This document shows positions 1 to 11,565 of a DNA stretch of 64,000 bases, piece by piece. This DNA is from Malacoraja senta (Eukaryota): NCBI GenBank assembly GCA_038087875.1, contig CM075996.1:1490001-1554000 (forward strand), written 5' to 3'. The notes beneath the pieces were generated by a model. That model was not told where the DNA came from and ran no database searches. It saw nothing but the letters and a program-made list of their open reading frames with translations. Both the position numbers and the translations under genes were made by a program. Each line of letters starts with the position of its first letter. Within the stretch, counting starts at the first letter, position 1.

Positions 1-650
1 AGGAGGCCCAGGACAGAATGGTCAGTGTGGGAATGGGAGGGGAGGTTGGTTTGCGTGATAGTCTGGGCTAAGTCCACAACTCTGTGCAATTCCTTGCTAG
101 GCAGGTCGAGTCTGTTCCGGGACAGGTGATCCATCCTGACCACACCTGGACTCTTCCGGGTGGTGAAATCTCTGACAGCCTTGGCCAGCTCAGTTGTACC
201 GTCACCTCGCGGTGAGTCTGTGGAATTCGTTGCCACAGACGGCTGTGGAGGCCAAGTCAATGGATACTTTTTAAGGCAGAGTTTGACATCTTCTTGATTA
301 GTACGGGTGTCAGGGGTTACAGGGAGTAGGCAGGAGAATGGGGCTGAGTGGGAGAGATAGATCAGCCGTGATTAAATGGCAGAGTAGATTTGATGGGCTG
401 AATGGCCTCATTCTATGGACTTAAGAATGTTTAGTTCAACAAACAACCTGCTGGAGGACCACAGCGGGTCGAGCAGCATCCGTGGGGTGGACTGACATTA
501 ATGATGTTTCGGGTTGAGGACAGAACCATCAACTATATCTGTGCCTGCACAGATGCTGCCTGACCCGCAGAGTTCCTCCAGCACTTTGCTTTTTGCTCCA
601 GATTCCACCATCTGCAGTCTCTTGCGATTCCAACTATTGGGTTCCTTTTT

Positions 651-1080
651 CATAGAAACATAGAAAATAGGTGCAGGAGGAGGCCATTCGGCCCTTCGAT
701 CCAGCACCGCCATTCATTGTGATTATGGCTGATCGTCCCCTATCAATAACCCGTGCCTGCCTTCTCTCCATATCCCTTGATTCCACTAGCCCCTAGAGCT
801 CTATCTAACTCTCTCTTAAATCCATCCAGTGACTTGGCCTCCACTGCCCTCTGTGGCAGGGAATTCCATAAATTCACAACTCTCTGGGTGAAAAAGTTTT
901 TTCTCACCTCAGTCTTAAATGGCCTCCCCTTTATTCTAAGACTGTGGCCCCTGGTTCTGGACTCGCCCAACGTTGGGAACATTTTTCCTGTATCTAGCTT
1001 GTCCAGTCCTTTTATAATTTTATATGTTTCCATAAGATATCCCCTCATCCTTCTAAACTCCAGTGAATACAGGCCTAGTC
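651..1080 (-). mobile_element. CR1-clade (HER1-like) LINE 3' fragment
   Basis: ORF 743-1048 (ETYKIIKGLD...TRGHSLRI...FFTQRVVNLWNSLP) is a CR1 ORF2 C-terminus, followed by the shared 3' tail. Confidence 0.85.
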
Positions 1081-3440
1081 TTTTCTATTTCACAAATGAA
1101 GCCTTGCCATTGAAAGTGTAAACAAGAAATACTTGGCTTTCTTGACATTCTTCCAGCTGACATCCTGTACAAGTCCCCAATGCAACTCAGGTGTCCTCTT
1201 CAAGCGGCAAATCATTGATACACAGGCACAGTGGTGCAGCTGGCCGAGTTGGTAGAATCTTTCAAAGGGGTCCCGACCCGAAACGCCACCTGTTGTTTGC
1301 CTCCACAGATGGTGCGTGACACACTGAGTTCCTCCAGCACTTTTTTATTTCCTCCAGCACAGTTTATTTTCCAGATACTGCGTGGAAACAGGCCCTTCGG
1401 CCCATCGTGTGGGCACCGACCAGCCTATCGCCCGTACACTAGCTTTAGCCTAGAAACAAAGGGCAATATTACAGCAGACAATTAACCTACAAACCTGCAC
1501 GTCTTTGGAGTGTGGGAGGAAACCGGAGCACCCGGAGAAAACCGGAGCAGTCAGTGGGAGAACGTACAAACTCCGTACAGACAGCACCCGCAGTCAGGAT
1601 CGAACCCGGGTCTCTGGCGCTGTGAGGCAGCAGTTCCAGAGATTCACCACTCTCTGTGAGAAAAATGTTTTTCTCATCTCGGTCCTAAAAGACTTCCCCC
1701 TTTTCCTTAAGTCCAGGGCAAGGGGTCACAGTTTAAGGATAAGGGGGAAATCTTTTAGGACCGAGATGAGGAAAACATTTTTCACACAGAGAGTGGTGAA
1801 TCTGTGGAATTCTCTGCCACAGAAGGTAGTTGAGGCCAGTTCATTGGCTATATTTAAGAGGGAGTTAGATGTGGCCCTTGTGGCTAAAGGGATCAGGGGG
1901 TATGGAGAGAAGGCAAGGGGTATGGAGAGAAGGGATACTGAGTTGGATGATCAGCCATGATCATATTGAATGGCGGTGCAGGCTCGAAGGGCCGAATGGC
2001 CTACTCCTGTACCTATTTTCTATGTTCCACCCCTTTGCTTAAAATTCCAGCATCTGCAGTCTCTTGGGTCTCTATGTAACAATCACCTTTCGTGGATTAA
2101 GTTCTGAATGTCAGCCGGGATCCCTGGAGTATCCTTTCCACCGTTCCCATCGCCCTGAGAGTTCATGTGATAGGAGCAGAATTAGGCCATTCGGCCCATC
2201 AAGCCTACTCTGCCATTCAATCATGGCTGATCTATCTTTCCCTCTCAACCCCATTCTCCTGCCTCCCCATAACCCCCGACACACGTACTGATCAAGAATC
2301 TGTCAATCTCCACGTTAAAAATGCCCACTGACTTGGCCTCCACAGACGTCTGTGGCAATGAACTCCACAGATTCACCACCCTCTGACTAAAAAGAAATTC
2401 CTCCTCATCTCCTTTCTAAAGGTACGATTTATAATTCTGAGGCTGTGCCCTCTGGTCCTAGGCTCTCCCACTAGTGGAAACATCCTCTCCACATCCACTC
2501 AGTCCAGGCCTTTCACTATTTGGAAGGGAACCTGGTTTTAAGATTGCTAAGACATCACACCAGATTTACAGCATAGAGGTGACAGGGTACCGCTCTCTCT
2601 GCCAGTGTTGTGTGCTTGAGTCCATGAGTCGGACTTGAATCAACAACCTTTTCATCTAGGGTGCGAGTACCAATCTCTGGGGGTTCACGAGATTTAGTCT
2701 GAATTACCTGCAGCTGAAAAACACACTTGGCTGATTTCATTCCTGGAAGAAGCTACAAGACACGGATACAATTACGACTTATAAAAGGCATTAGGACAGA
2801 TTTATGGATAGGAAGGGTTTAAAGGGAATTGGGCCAAATGCAGGCAAATGAGACTAGCCCAGTCTGCCAACGGCCGGCATGGACAAGATGGGCCGAAGGG
2901 GCTGTTTCCGCACTGTATAGCTCTGTGACTCTAAAGACGCCGCAGTTTTTACTTGAGTTCCCCTTCTTTGGATGTGGAAAGGACGTTTCCACCAGTGGGA
3001 GAGCCTAGGACCAGAGGTCACAGCCTCAGAATTAAAGGATGTTCTTTCAGGAAGGAGCTGAGGAGAAATGTCATTAGTCAGAGGGTGGTGAATCTGTGGA
3101 ATTCTTTGTCACAGACAGCTGTGGAGGTCAAATCAATGGATATTTTTAAGATAGAGATAGATAGATTCTTAGGTAGACAAACTTGCTGGAGAAACTCAGC
3201 GGGTGCGGCAGCATCTATGAAGCGAAGGAAATAGGCAACGTTTCGGGCCGAAACCCTTCTTCAGATCGATTCTTGATTAGTACGGGTGTCACGGGTTATG
3301 GGGAGAAGGCAGGAAAATGGGGTTAGGAGGGAGAGATAGATCAGCCATGATTGAATGGCGGAGTAGACTTGATGGGCCGATTGGCCTAATTCTACTCCTA
3401 TCCCTTATGACCTTATAACCGTTATTTAAAATGTTTTCAG

Positions 3441-3580
3441 AGAAGCCCCAACCCCCAGAGTCCCTGAAGATCACAGACGTGTGGGGATTCAATGCCGGGA
3501 TCGAGTGGACACCCCCGAAGGATGACGGCAACTCTGAAATCATTGGCTACACAATTCAGAAAGCCGACAAGAAAACTATG
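3441..3580 (+). CDS. MYBPC2: Myosin-binding protein C (probably fast skeletal), FnIII (C9) exon
   Basis: ttttcag acceptor, gtgagt donor; 140 bp encoding (E)[46 protein letters not shown], a typical MyBP-C C9 FnIII segment. Paralog assignment rests on adjacency to EMC10. Confidence 0.9.
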
Positions 3581-3615
3581 GTGAGTGGCTGGCGTTGGTT
3601 GGGTGCGAGATGCCT

Positions 3616-3997
3616 CGAAACATATAAGATTGTTAAGGGCTTGGACACGCTAGAGGCAGGAAACATGTTCCCGATGTTGGGGGAGTCCAGAACCAGGGGC
3701 CACACAGTTTAAGAATAAGGAGTAAGCCATTTAGAACGGAGACGAGGAAACACTTTTTCTCACAGAGAGTGGTGAGTCTGTGGAATTCTCTGCCTCAGAG
3801 GGCGGTGGAGGCCGGTTCTCTGGATGCTTTCAAGAGAGAGCTAGATAGGGCTCTTAAAGATAGCGGAGTCAGGGGATATGGGGAGAAGGCAGGAACGGGA
3901 TACTGATTGGGGATGATCAGCCATGATCATATTGAATGGCGGTGCTGGCTCGAAGGGCCGAATGGCCTACTCCTGCACCTATTGTCTATTGTCTATT
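3616..3997 (+). mobile_element. CR1/HER1 LINE 3' fragment (young subfamily)
   Basis: Near-identical to copies at 8775, 46826 and 48469; ends ctattgtctattgtctattg. Confidence 0.85.
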
Positions 3998-4971
3998 GAA
4001 GCTGCGCTCCTCACTGTAGCAGCGATAAAACACCCTGGGGAGACTGCAGCCGAGGAAATGAAGCAGGGCTTATTGCCGTATTTACAAGCACAGTGAAGAG
4101 CAGGTACAAGGAAGATCTTGCTCGCAGGCAACAGAGACGAACACAAAAAAACATTAATTATACATAACATTCTGCAAGACAGTAAAAAGAAAAAACAACC
4201 GCGCAAGAAAATGCAAGACATTAATGCAGGCTGGGATTTTATTCCTTAGAGCGCAGGATGCTGTAAGGGATGATCTTACAGAGGTGTATAACATAATTAG
4301 GAGAATAGATAGAGTGAATACACAGAGTCTTTTGCCCAGGGTGGAGGAGTCAAAAACTCGAGGGCATACAGTAGGTTTAAGAAGAGGGTGGAAAATTTTA
4401 ATAGGAACATGAGGGGAAACTTTATCATGCATATGGTGGTGGGAATAACAACTGCCAGATCAAGCAGTTGTGGCAGATGCAATAACAACATTTAAACAAC
4501 ATGTGGAGACGCACATGATTAGAAAATGTTCATTGGTTTATGGGCCAAACACAGCCAGATGGGACTAGCTTAGATGGGGCATTTGGTCAGCATGGACATG
4601 TTGGGCCCAATGGCCTGTTTCCGTGCTGTAGAGGTATATATATATATATATATTTTTTTTTTCTCTCTCTTTTTTTGTATGGCTTTGTAAATATTTGATT
4701 AGTGTATAAATATAAATAATTTTTTGTACATATAGCTGCTGGTGTACATATGGTGTACATATAGCTGCTAAATTTGTATCAGATAATTATAAGCAGTTGA
4801 ATAAGGGGTGGGAATTAATAAGCTTTGGCTTCTTCCTGCTCCTTTTCGGACACATACGATTTCATTTATTTATAGATATTGTTTATGACACTCTATAAAT
4901 ATTCTTGTTTTGTTTTTTTGTTTTTTTATGCTGTTTCACACTTGCTTTTTATTCTGTTCGAAATAAAGAAT

Positions 4972-5002
<31 letters not shown>

Positions 5003-5152
5003 TATTTGGTCAAGTGTTTGTGGATCTAAGGTCCAGCACAAGTTCACAAACGGGGAAGGGGAATAGTCTTGCGTAGATTTTGAGCACCTTCTCAGATGCG
5101 TCTGGTCTAGGGTTTGATCAAACGATCAAGATATTTCCACCTTTGCCCGCAG

Positions 5153-5312
5153 GAATGGTTCACAGTTTACGAGCACAACCGCAAGCCCAGTTGCACCATC
5201 TCTGACCTCATCATGGGCAACGAGTACTACTTCCGTGTCTTCAGTGAGAACATCTGTGGCCTCAGTGAGAAACCAAAGGTGTCCAAGAACACGGCCTTCA
5301 TCCAGAAAGAAA
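5153..5312 (+). CDS. MYBPC2: MyBP-C exon, second half of FnIII C9
   Basis: ccgcag acceptor, gtaagt donor; 160 bp encoding EWFTVYEHNRKPSCTISDLIMGNEYYFRVFSENICGLSEKPKVSKNTAFIQKE; phase matches the flanking exons. Confidence 0.92.
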
Positions 5313-5596
5313 GTAAGTGTCATAAGATCATAAGTGATAGGAGCAGAATTAGGCCATTCAGCCCATCAAGTCTACTCTGCCATTCAATCATGGCTGATCC
5401 ATCTCTCCCTCCTAACCGCAGTCTCCTGCCTTCTCCCCATAACCTGACACCTGTACTAATCAAGAATCTATCTATCTCTGCCTTAAATATATCCACTGAC
5501 TTGGCCTCCACAGCCGTCTGTGGCAAAGAATTCCACAGAAAGGGTCAGAAGAAGGGTTCCGACCACAAACGCCTGACCCACCATCCTTTTTCTCCA

Positions 5597-6080
5597 GAGA
5601 TGCTGCCTGACCCGCTGAGTTACTCCAGCACTCTGTGAAACGTCACCTATCCATGTTCTCCACAGAAGCTGCCTGACCCGCTGAGTTACTCTAGCACTCT
5701 GTGAAACGTCACCTATCCATGTTCTCCACAGATGCTGCCTGACCCGCTGAGTTACTCCAGCACTCTGTGAAACGTCACCTATCCATGTTCTCCACAGATG
5801 CTGCCTGACCCGCTGAGTTACTCCAGCACTCTGTGAAACGTCACCTATCCATGTTCCGGCAGCATCTATGGAGCGAAGGAAATAGGCAACGTTTCGGCCC
5901 GAAACCCTTCCGGGTTTCGGCCCGAAACTTTGCCTATTTCCTTCAGGGTTTCGGCCCGAAAGGTTGCCCATTTCCTTCGCTCACAGATGCTGCCTGACCC
6001 GCTGAGTTACTCCAGCACTCTGTGAAACGTCACCTATCCATGTTCTCCACAGATGCTGCCTGACCCAGCTGAGTTACTCC
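5597..6080. repeat. 66-bp tandem repeat derived from the Penelope terminal module
   Basis: About 4 plus 1.5 copies of gatgctgcctgacccgctgagttactccagcactctgtgaaacgtcacctatccatgttctccaca, interrupted at ~5856-5980. Confidence 0.9.
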
Positions 6081-6392
6081 TGTGTCTATCTTCGGTATAA
6101 CCAGCGTCTGCAGATTCTCCCTGCACACCAAGTGTCAGGATTAGCTCTCTTGCGACAGGTTGTTGTGGCATGGCCCAAATGCCACCATGGTTGAGGGCAC
6201 TGCCTGACGTGGCATGGCTTGGAACTTTGCCTCGCGATAAATAGCCTCCCCCCTCCATGGACCAGTCCAACAGCATCCACCTCTGGATGGAATGATGCAC
6301 CAGCTTCTTAGTTTAGAGGTACAGTGTGGAAACAGGCCCTTCGGCCCGGCATACGTGACTGGTCGGATGCTAACTCTTCCCTGTTTCATCAG

Positions 6393-6528
6393 GCAAGAAC
6401 TACGTGCGGCCACCGTACAAAGAGCATGACTTTAGCCACGCGCCAAAATTTACCCAGCCGCTGTTAAATCGCTCTGTGGTCGCTGGTTACTCGACAAAGC
6501 TGAGCTGTTCTGTTCGAGGCTTCCTAAG
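6393..6528 (+). CDS. MYBPC2: MyBP-C exon, linker and start of Ig C10 (apparent 1-bp deletion at the 3' end)
   Basis: tttcatcag acceptor, gtgagt donor; encodes KNYVRPPYKEHDFSHAPKFTQPLLNRSVVAGYSTKLSCSVRGF. It ends ttcctaag where ttc-cct-aag (FPK) is expected. Not in the ORF track. Confidence 0.88.
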
Positions 6529-6837
6529 GTGAGTGTGTGGTTTCAGAAGGTTCTTTTTAACTATACCACCTTTTGCGATATACCAAAGAGGCAAGTCTAA
6601 CAGATGTTGAATTCTCCAGTTTTTGTTAACGACATAATCCTCTCCCTTCTTCACCCCCTAACCCCATCCCTATTTCTCCCCCTTTTTCTACCCAACCCCA
6701 CCTCCCCCCCATCTATCCCCCACCTCCCCCATCTATCCCCTTCCCCTTCTCCTCTGTGGCCACTCTGGGTCTCTGTTTCCGCACGTATCTCGAAAGTAAA
6801 AAGTAAACAGCAAGTGCGATTGTTATCCCAAATACAG

Positions 6838-7024
6838 CCGAAGAATTGTCTGGATGAAGAACAAGGTGGCGATCGGACGAGGACCCCAAGTTCCTGATGA
6901 GGCACAACGAGGGCGTTCTGACCTTGCAGATACGCAAACCCGCAGCTTTGACGGTGGGAATTACACTTGCAAAGCCATCAACGACCTGGGCGAGGATGAG
7001 GTGGAATGCAAGCTGGAGTGAGAG
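6838..7024 (+). CDS. MYBPC2: MyBP-C exon, Ig C10 (myosin-binding) domain, containing apparent indels
   Basis: atacag acceptor, gtaggc donor. Frame-corrected peptide [60 protein letters not shown] requires four single-base frame corrections. Confidence 0.85.
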
Positions 7025-8305
7025 GTAGGCACAGACACGGTGGCCCAGCAATAGAGTTGCTGCCTCACGGCGCCAGAGACCCGGGCTCCGTCCTGACTAC
7101 CGGTGCTGTCTGTACCTTCTCCCCCTGACCACGCAGGTCACGGGGGGAACGTGCAAACTCCGTACGTCCGCACGGGCAGTACCTGTAGGTCAGGATCGAT
7201 CCTGGGTCTCCAGCGCTGTGAGGCAGCAGCTCTACCCACTGCACCACCGTGCTGCCCTGTTGCTAAACATGCTGGGATTGCATATTAAGAGTGGGTGAGG
7301 TTAGATTCAAATAGGTTAAGCTGGGAAGAGTGCAGAGACGTTGTACAAGGATGTTGCCAGGACTTGAGTGGCAACAGCTACAGGGAGAGGTTGTGCAAGT
7401 TGGGACTTTATTCTTTGGAGCGCAGGAGGCTAAGGGGTGATCTTATAGCGGTGTGTAAAAGTATGGGAGGGGGCGGGGGAATATATAGGGCGAATGCAGT
7501 ATTGTTCCCAGCGTAGAGGAATCAAGAACCAGAGAGCTTAGGTTTCAGGTGAGAAGGGAAAGATTTAATGGGTACTTGAGCTGTAATCTTTTCCACACGG
7601 GAGGGTGGTGGATGTATGGAACGAGCTGCCAGAGGTGGTAAATGAGGCAGGTGCAAGATCAACATTTAAAAAAGACAGTTACACAGATACATGGATAGGA
7701 TAGGTTTACATAGAAAATAGGTATAGGAGGAGGCCCTTCGAGCCAGCACCGCATTCATTGTGATCATGGCTGATCGTCCCCAATCAATAACCCGTGCCTG
7801 CCTTCTCCCCATATCCCTTATAGAAACATAGAAAATAGATGGATATGAGCCAAGCACATATAAATGTAAGTAAGTTTATTGGGCAAGTATTCACATACAA
7901 GGAATTTGCCTTGGTGCTCCGCCCACAAGTAACAACATGACATACAGTGACAGTTACGAATGACTTAGAAAACACTAAACATTAATAATAATAACGGGAC
8001 TAGCTTCAATGGACAACTTGGGTGAAGGTCCTTTTTCCAAGCTATTTGACACCATAGAATGTTTAAGAAGGAAATGCAGATGCTGGAAAAATCAAAAGTT
8101 GACAAAAATACTGGAGAAACTCAGTGGGTGAGGCAGCATCTATGGAGCGAAGGAATAGGTGACGTTTCGGGTCGAGACCCTTCTCCGGACTGATCGCCAT
8201 AGGATGCTAGCTTTGTAACGCCATCCCTTGGGACAGGAGTGAGGAAAGTCACAGTGACCAAAACACACAAAGTAACTGTATTCTCTGTTTCTCTCTCTGT
8301 TGCAG

Positions 8306-8316
8306 TTCCTCAGTAG
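8306..8316 (+). CDS. MYBPC2: MyBP-C last coding segment (V)PQ*; exon continues as UTR to donor after 8346
   Basis: Strong polypyrimidine tract then ttgcag|TT CCT CAG TAG gives the canonical ...EVRVPQ* MyBP-C C-terminus; gtaagt donor at 8347. Confidence 0.88.
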
Positions 8317-8774
8317 ATGCTTCCTACACCATGCAGCAGCAGTATGGTAAGTGGAGACTGCCTTTTCACGTTACCTTTTCTTACACCTTTCACAGTGAAT
8401 TTATATTCAGGGAATCTGAATTTTTTTTTTCCCCTCTGTGTTTGCACTGAAGATCACATGTCAATGGCTGGCCTGATCTTCCAGGGAGCTGAGTTGATTG
8501 ATGATGGCCATGTACTAGATTGGCTGGAGAGAGTTGGTAGAGGATTTACAAGGGTGCTGCCAGGACTCGGGGCCTGAGCTAGAGGGAGCGGCTGGGCAGA
8601 CTAGGACTCTATTCCTTGGAGCGCAGGAGGACTTTTGTTTTGGAGAGTGATTGGATAGGCAGGCCTTGTCTTCCCTGGAGCCAAGCAGGCGGAGGAGTGA
8701 GCTGAAAGAAGAATTTAAGGTCATAAAGTGAGAATTAAGTTGGCTCATCAAGTCTACTCCACCATTCAATCATG

Positions 8775-9334
8775 ACCACACCTGGAGTATTGTGTGCAGT
8801 TTTGGTCTCCAAATCTGAGGAAGGACATTCTTGCTATTGAGGGAGTGCAGCGTAGGTTTACAAGGTTAATTCCCGGAATGGCGGGACTGTCGTATGCTGA
8901 GAGAATGGAGCGGCTGGGCTTGTATACTCTGGAATTTAGAAGGATGAGAGGGGATCTTATTGAAACATATAAGATTATTAAGGGTTTGGACACTCTAGAG
9001 GCAGGAAACATGTTCCCAATGTTGGGGGAGTCCAGAACCAGGGGCCACAGTTTACGAATAAGTGGTAAGCCATTTAGAACGGAGACGAGGAAACACTTCT
9101 TCACACAGAGAGTTGTGAGTCTGTGGAATTCACTGCCTCAGAGGGCGGTGGAGGCCGGTTCTCTGGATACTTTCAAGAGAGAGCTAGATAGGGCTCTTAA
9201 AGATAGCGGAGTCAGGGGATATGGGGAGAAGGCAGGAATGGGGTACTGATTGGGGATGATCAGCCATGATCACATTGAATGACAGTGCTGGCTCGAAGGG
9301 CCGAATGGCCTACTCCTGCACCTATTGTCTATTG
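8775..9334 (+). mobile_element. CR1/HER1 LINE 3' fragment
   Basis: ORF 8794-9249 is an uninterrupted CR1 ORF2 C-terminus (QFWSPNLRKDILAIEGVQRRFTRLIPG...); inserted into an antisense HER1 tail. Confidence 0.9.
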
Positions 9335-10113
9335 TCATGGCTGATCTATCTCTCCCTCCTAACCACATTCTCCTGCCTTCTCCCCATTACCTCTGACACC
9401 TGTACTAATCAAATACGATTACGAGGGCCAGAGATCGGGTAGGTATTCAAAATCTTTCTCACATGGCATGGGTATCAAAAACAAGAGGGCATAGGTTTAA
9501 GGTGAGAGGTAGGAGATTTAAAGGGATTTTTCTTCCCCATAGAAAGTGATTAATATTTGGAAATTGCTGCCCGAGGTGATAGTTTGGAATCAGATACAAT
9601 GACCACAGGTAAGATACGTTTCAAAAGACACCAAACAGAGAAGGCATGGAAAGATATAAAATGCTGGAGTAACTCAGCGGGACAGGCAGCATGGGTGATG
9701 GTACCCATTCCTTCTCTCCAGAGATGCTGCCTCTCCCGCTGAGTTACTCCAGCATTTTATGTCTATCTTTGGTTTAAACCAGCATCTGCAGTTCCTTCTG
9801 ACACAAGGCACTTTATCTGTTTATTTATTGTGTACATATATGGTCTAGGGTCTATATTCACTGAACTTTTACCTCCTGTTCCGTATTATGTTTACATATT
9901 CTATCATACTGCACCAAGCAAGAATTTCATCGTCCTATCTGGGACACTTGACAATAAAACTCTCTTGACTCTTGAGAAGGGTATGGCCCTAATGTGGGCA
10001 GGTGGGACGAAGGACAAAATGGTAGGCATGGAGATGGTGGGCCGAAGGGCCTGTTTTCTGTACTGAGCAACTCTATGATCCTAAGATTATTCTCTCACCT
10101 TGTGACCCAACAG

Positions 10114-10290
10114 GCAGCTTCAGTGCAGTTTCTCGATGCATGGCAGCGGTGTGTTCATGGCAGCGAAGGGTGACAGGAGTGATGCCAACCTTACCCAGAG
10201 ATGGACACGGCAATTCTCCACTGTGTACCTCCTCGGTTCATCTCACCCATATTTATTTTTAGGGAAAATAAAATGATTACACAATGACAT
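10114..10290 (+). other. MYBPC2: Probable non-coding terminal (3' UTR) exon of MYBPC2 with poly(A) signal
   Basis: caacag acceptor at 10111-10113, non-repetitive sequence, AATAAA at 10267-10272. A downstream exon is needed to partner the donor at 8347. The 3' end is approximate. Confidence 0.55.
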
Positions 10291-10321
10291 TGTATGGTTA
10301 TTCATGTTCTGTCGAATGCAG

Positions 10322-10815
10322 TAAAGATGGACACAAAATGCTGAAGTAACTCGAAGGTAGACAAACATGCTGGAGAAACTCAGCGGGTGCAGCAGCATCT
10401 ATGGAGAGAAGGAAATAGGCAACGTTTTGGGCTGAAACCCCTTCACATCAGTCTGAAGAAGGGTTTCGGCCCGAAACTTTGCCTATTTCCTTCGCTCCAT
10501 AGATGCTGCTGCACCCGCTGAGTTTCTCCAGCACCTTTGTCTACCTTCGATTTTCCAGCATCTGCAGTTCCTTCTTAAATGCTGAAGTAACTCAGCGGGT
10601 CAGGCAGGATCTGGAGAAAAGGCATAGGTGACGTTTCAGGTTGAGACCTTTCTTCAGACTTAATCAGGGAGAGTTTCCCTCTCAGTCGGAAGAAGGGTCT
10701 CGACCCGAAACGTCACCTATGCCTTTTCTCTAGAGATGCTGCCTGACCTGCTGAGTTACTCCAGCATTTTGTGTCCATCTACGATGAAAACCAGCATGTG
10801 CAGTTCCTTCCTACA
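10322..10815. mobile_element. Two nested palindromic Penelope-derived short elements
   Basis: Inner inverted-repeat element ~10353-10576 flanked by the 17-bp direct repeat aaatgctgaagtaactc, inside an outer inverted-repeat element. Confidence 0.75.
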
Positions 10816-11039
10816 CTGGTGAATACAGTAATTGAGCATGTGTTATAGAACATAGGACAGAACCGTTTTGGTATAAGCCAGCAACTGCCGTTCGTTGTTA
10901 TTACATACAGCACAGGACCAGGCCCTTCAGCCCACAATCGAACGTAGACTCTCTTTTGATGTGTGATATCACTCCATTGCAGCTTTCTGGTAATGAGGTA
11001 TCTCCATTGGTGCCAACTGCCTGCACGAGATCCACATCT

Positions 11040-11565
11040 CTCCATTTGCAGCATATCAATTTGCCATCAAGATGCCAGCTGATCTACATCGGTGAGACCA
11101 AGCGTAGGCTTGGCGATCGTTTCGCCGAACACCTCCGCTCGGTCCGCATTAACCAACCTGTTCTCCCGGTGGCTCAGCACTTCAACTCCCCCTCCCATTC
11201 CAAATCCGACCTTTCTGTCCTGGGCCTCCTCCATGGCCAGAGTGAGCACCACTGGAAATTGGAGGAGCAGCACCTCATATTCCCCTTAGGCAGTCTGCAC
11301 CCCAGCGGCATAAACATTGACCTCCAATTTCCGGTAGCCCTTGCTGTCTCCTCCCCTTCTCAGCTCTCCCTCAGCCCTCTGGCTTCTCCTCTTCCTTTCT
11401 TCTTCCCGCCCCCCCCCCCCCCACCCTACATCAGTCTGAAGAAGGGTTTCGGCCCAAAACGTTGCCTATTTCCTTCGCTCCATAGATGCTGCTGCACCCG
11501 CTGAGTTTCTCCAGCACTTTTGCCTACCTTCGATTTTCCAGCATCTGCAGTTCCTTCTTGAACAA
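11040..11565 (+). mobile_element. Penelope-like element 3' fragment (GIY-YIG endonuclease plus terminal repeat)
   Basis: YIGETKRRLGDRFAEHLRSV...PVAQHFNS is a Penelope GIY-YIG segment, followed by the CTGAAGAAGGG...AAACG terminal module. Confidence 0.85.

Noticed and set aside
5597..6080. CRISPR-like regular repeats (also 13667-13980 and 15460-16328)
   Set aside because: Units are head-to-tail with no unique spacers, there are no cas genes, and the context is a vertebrate genome.
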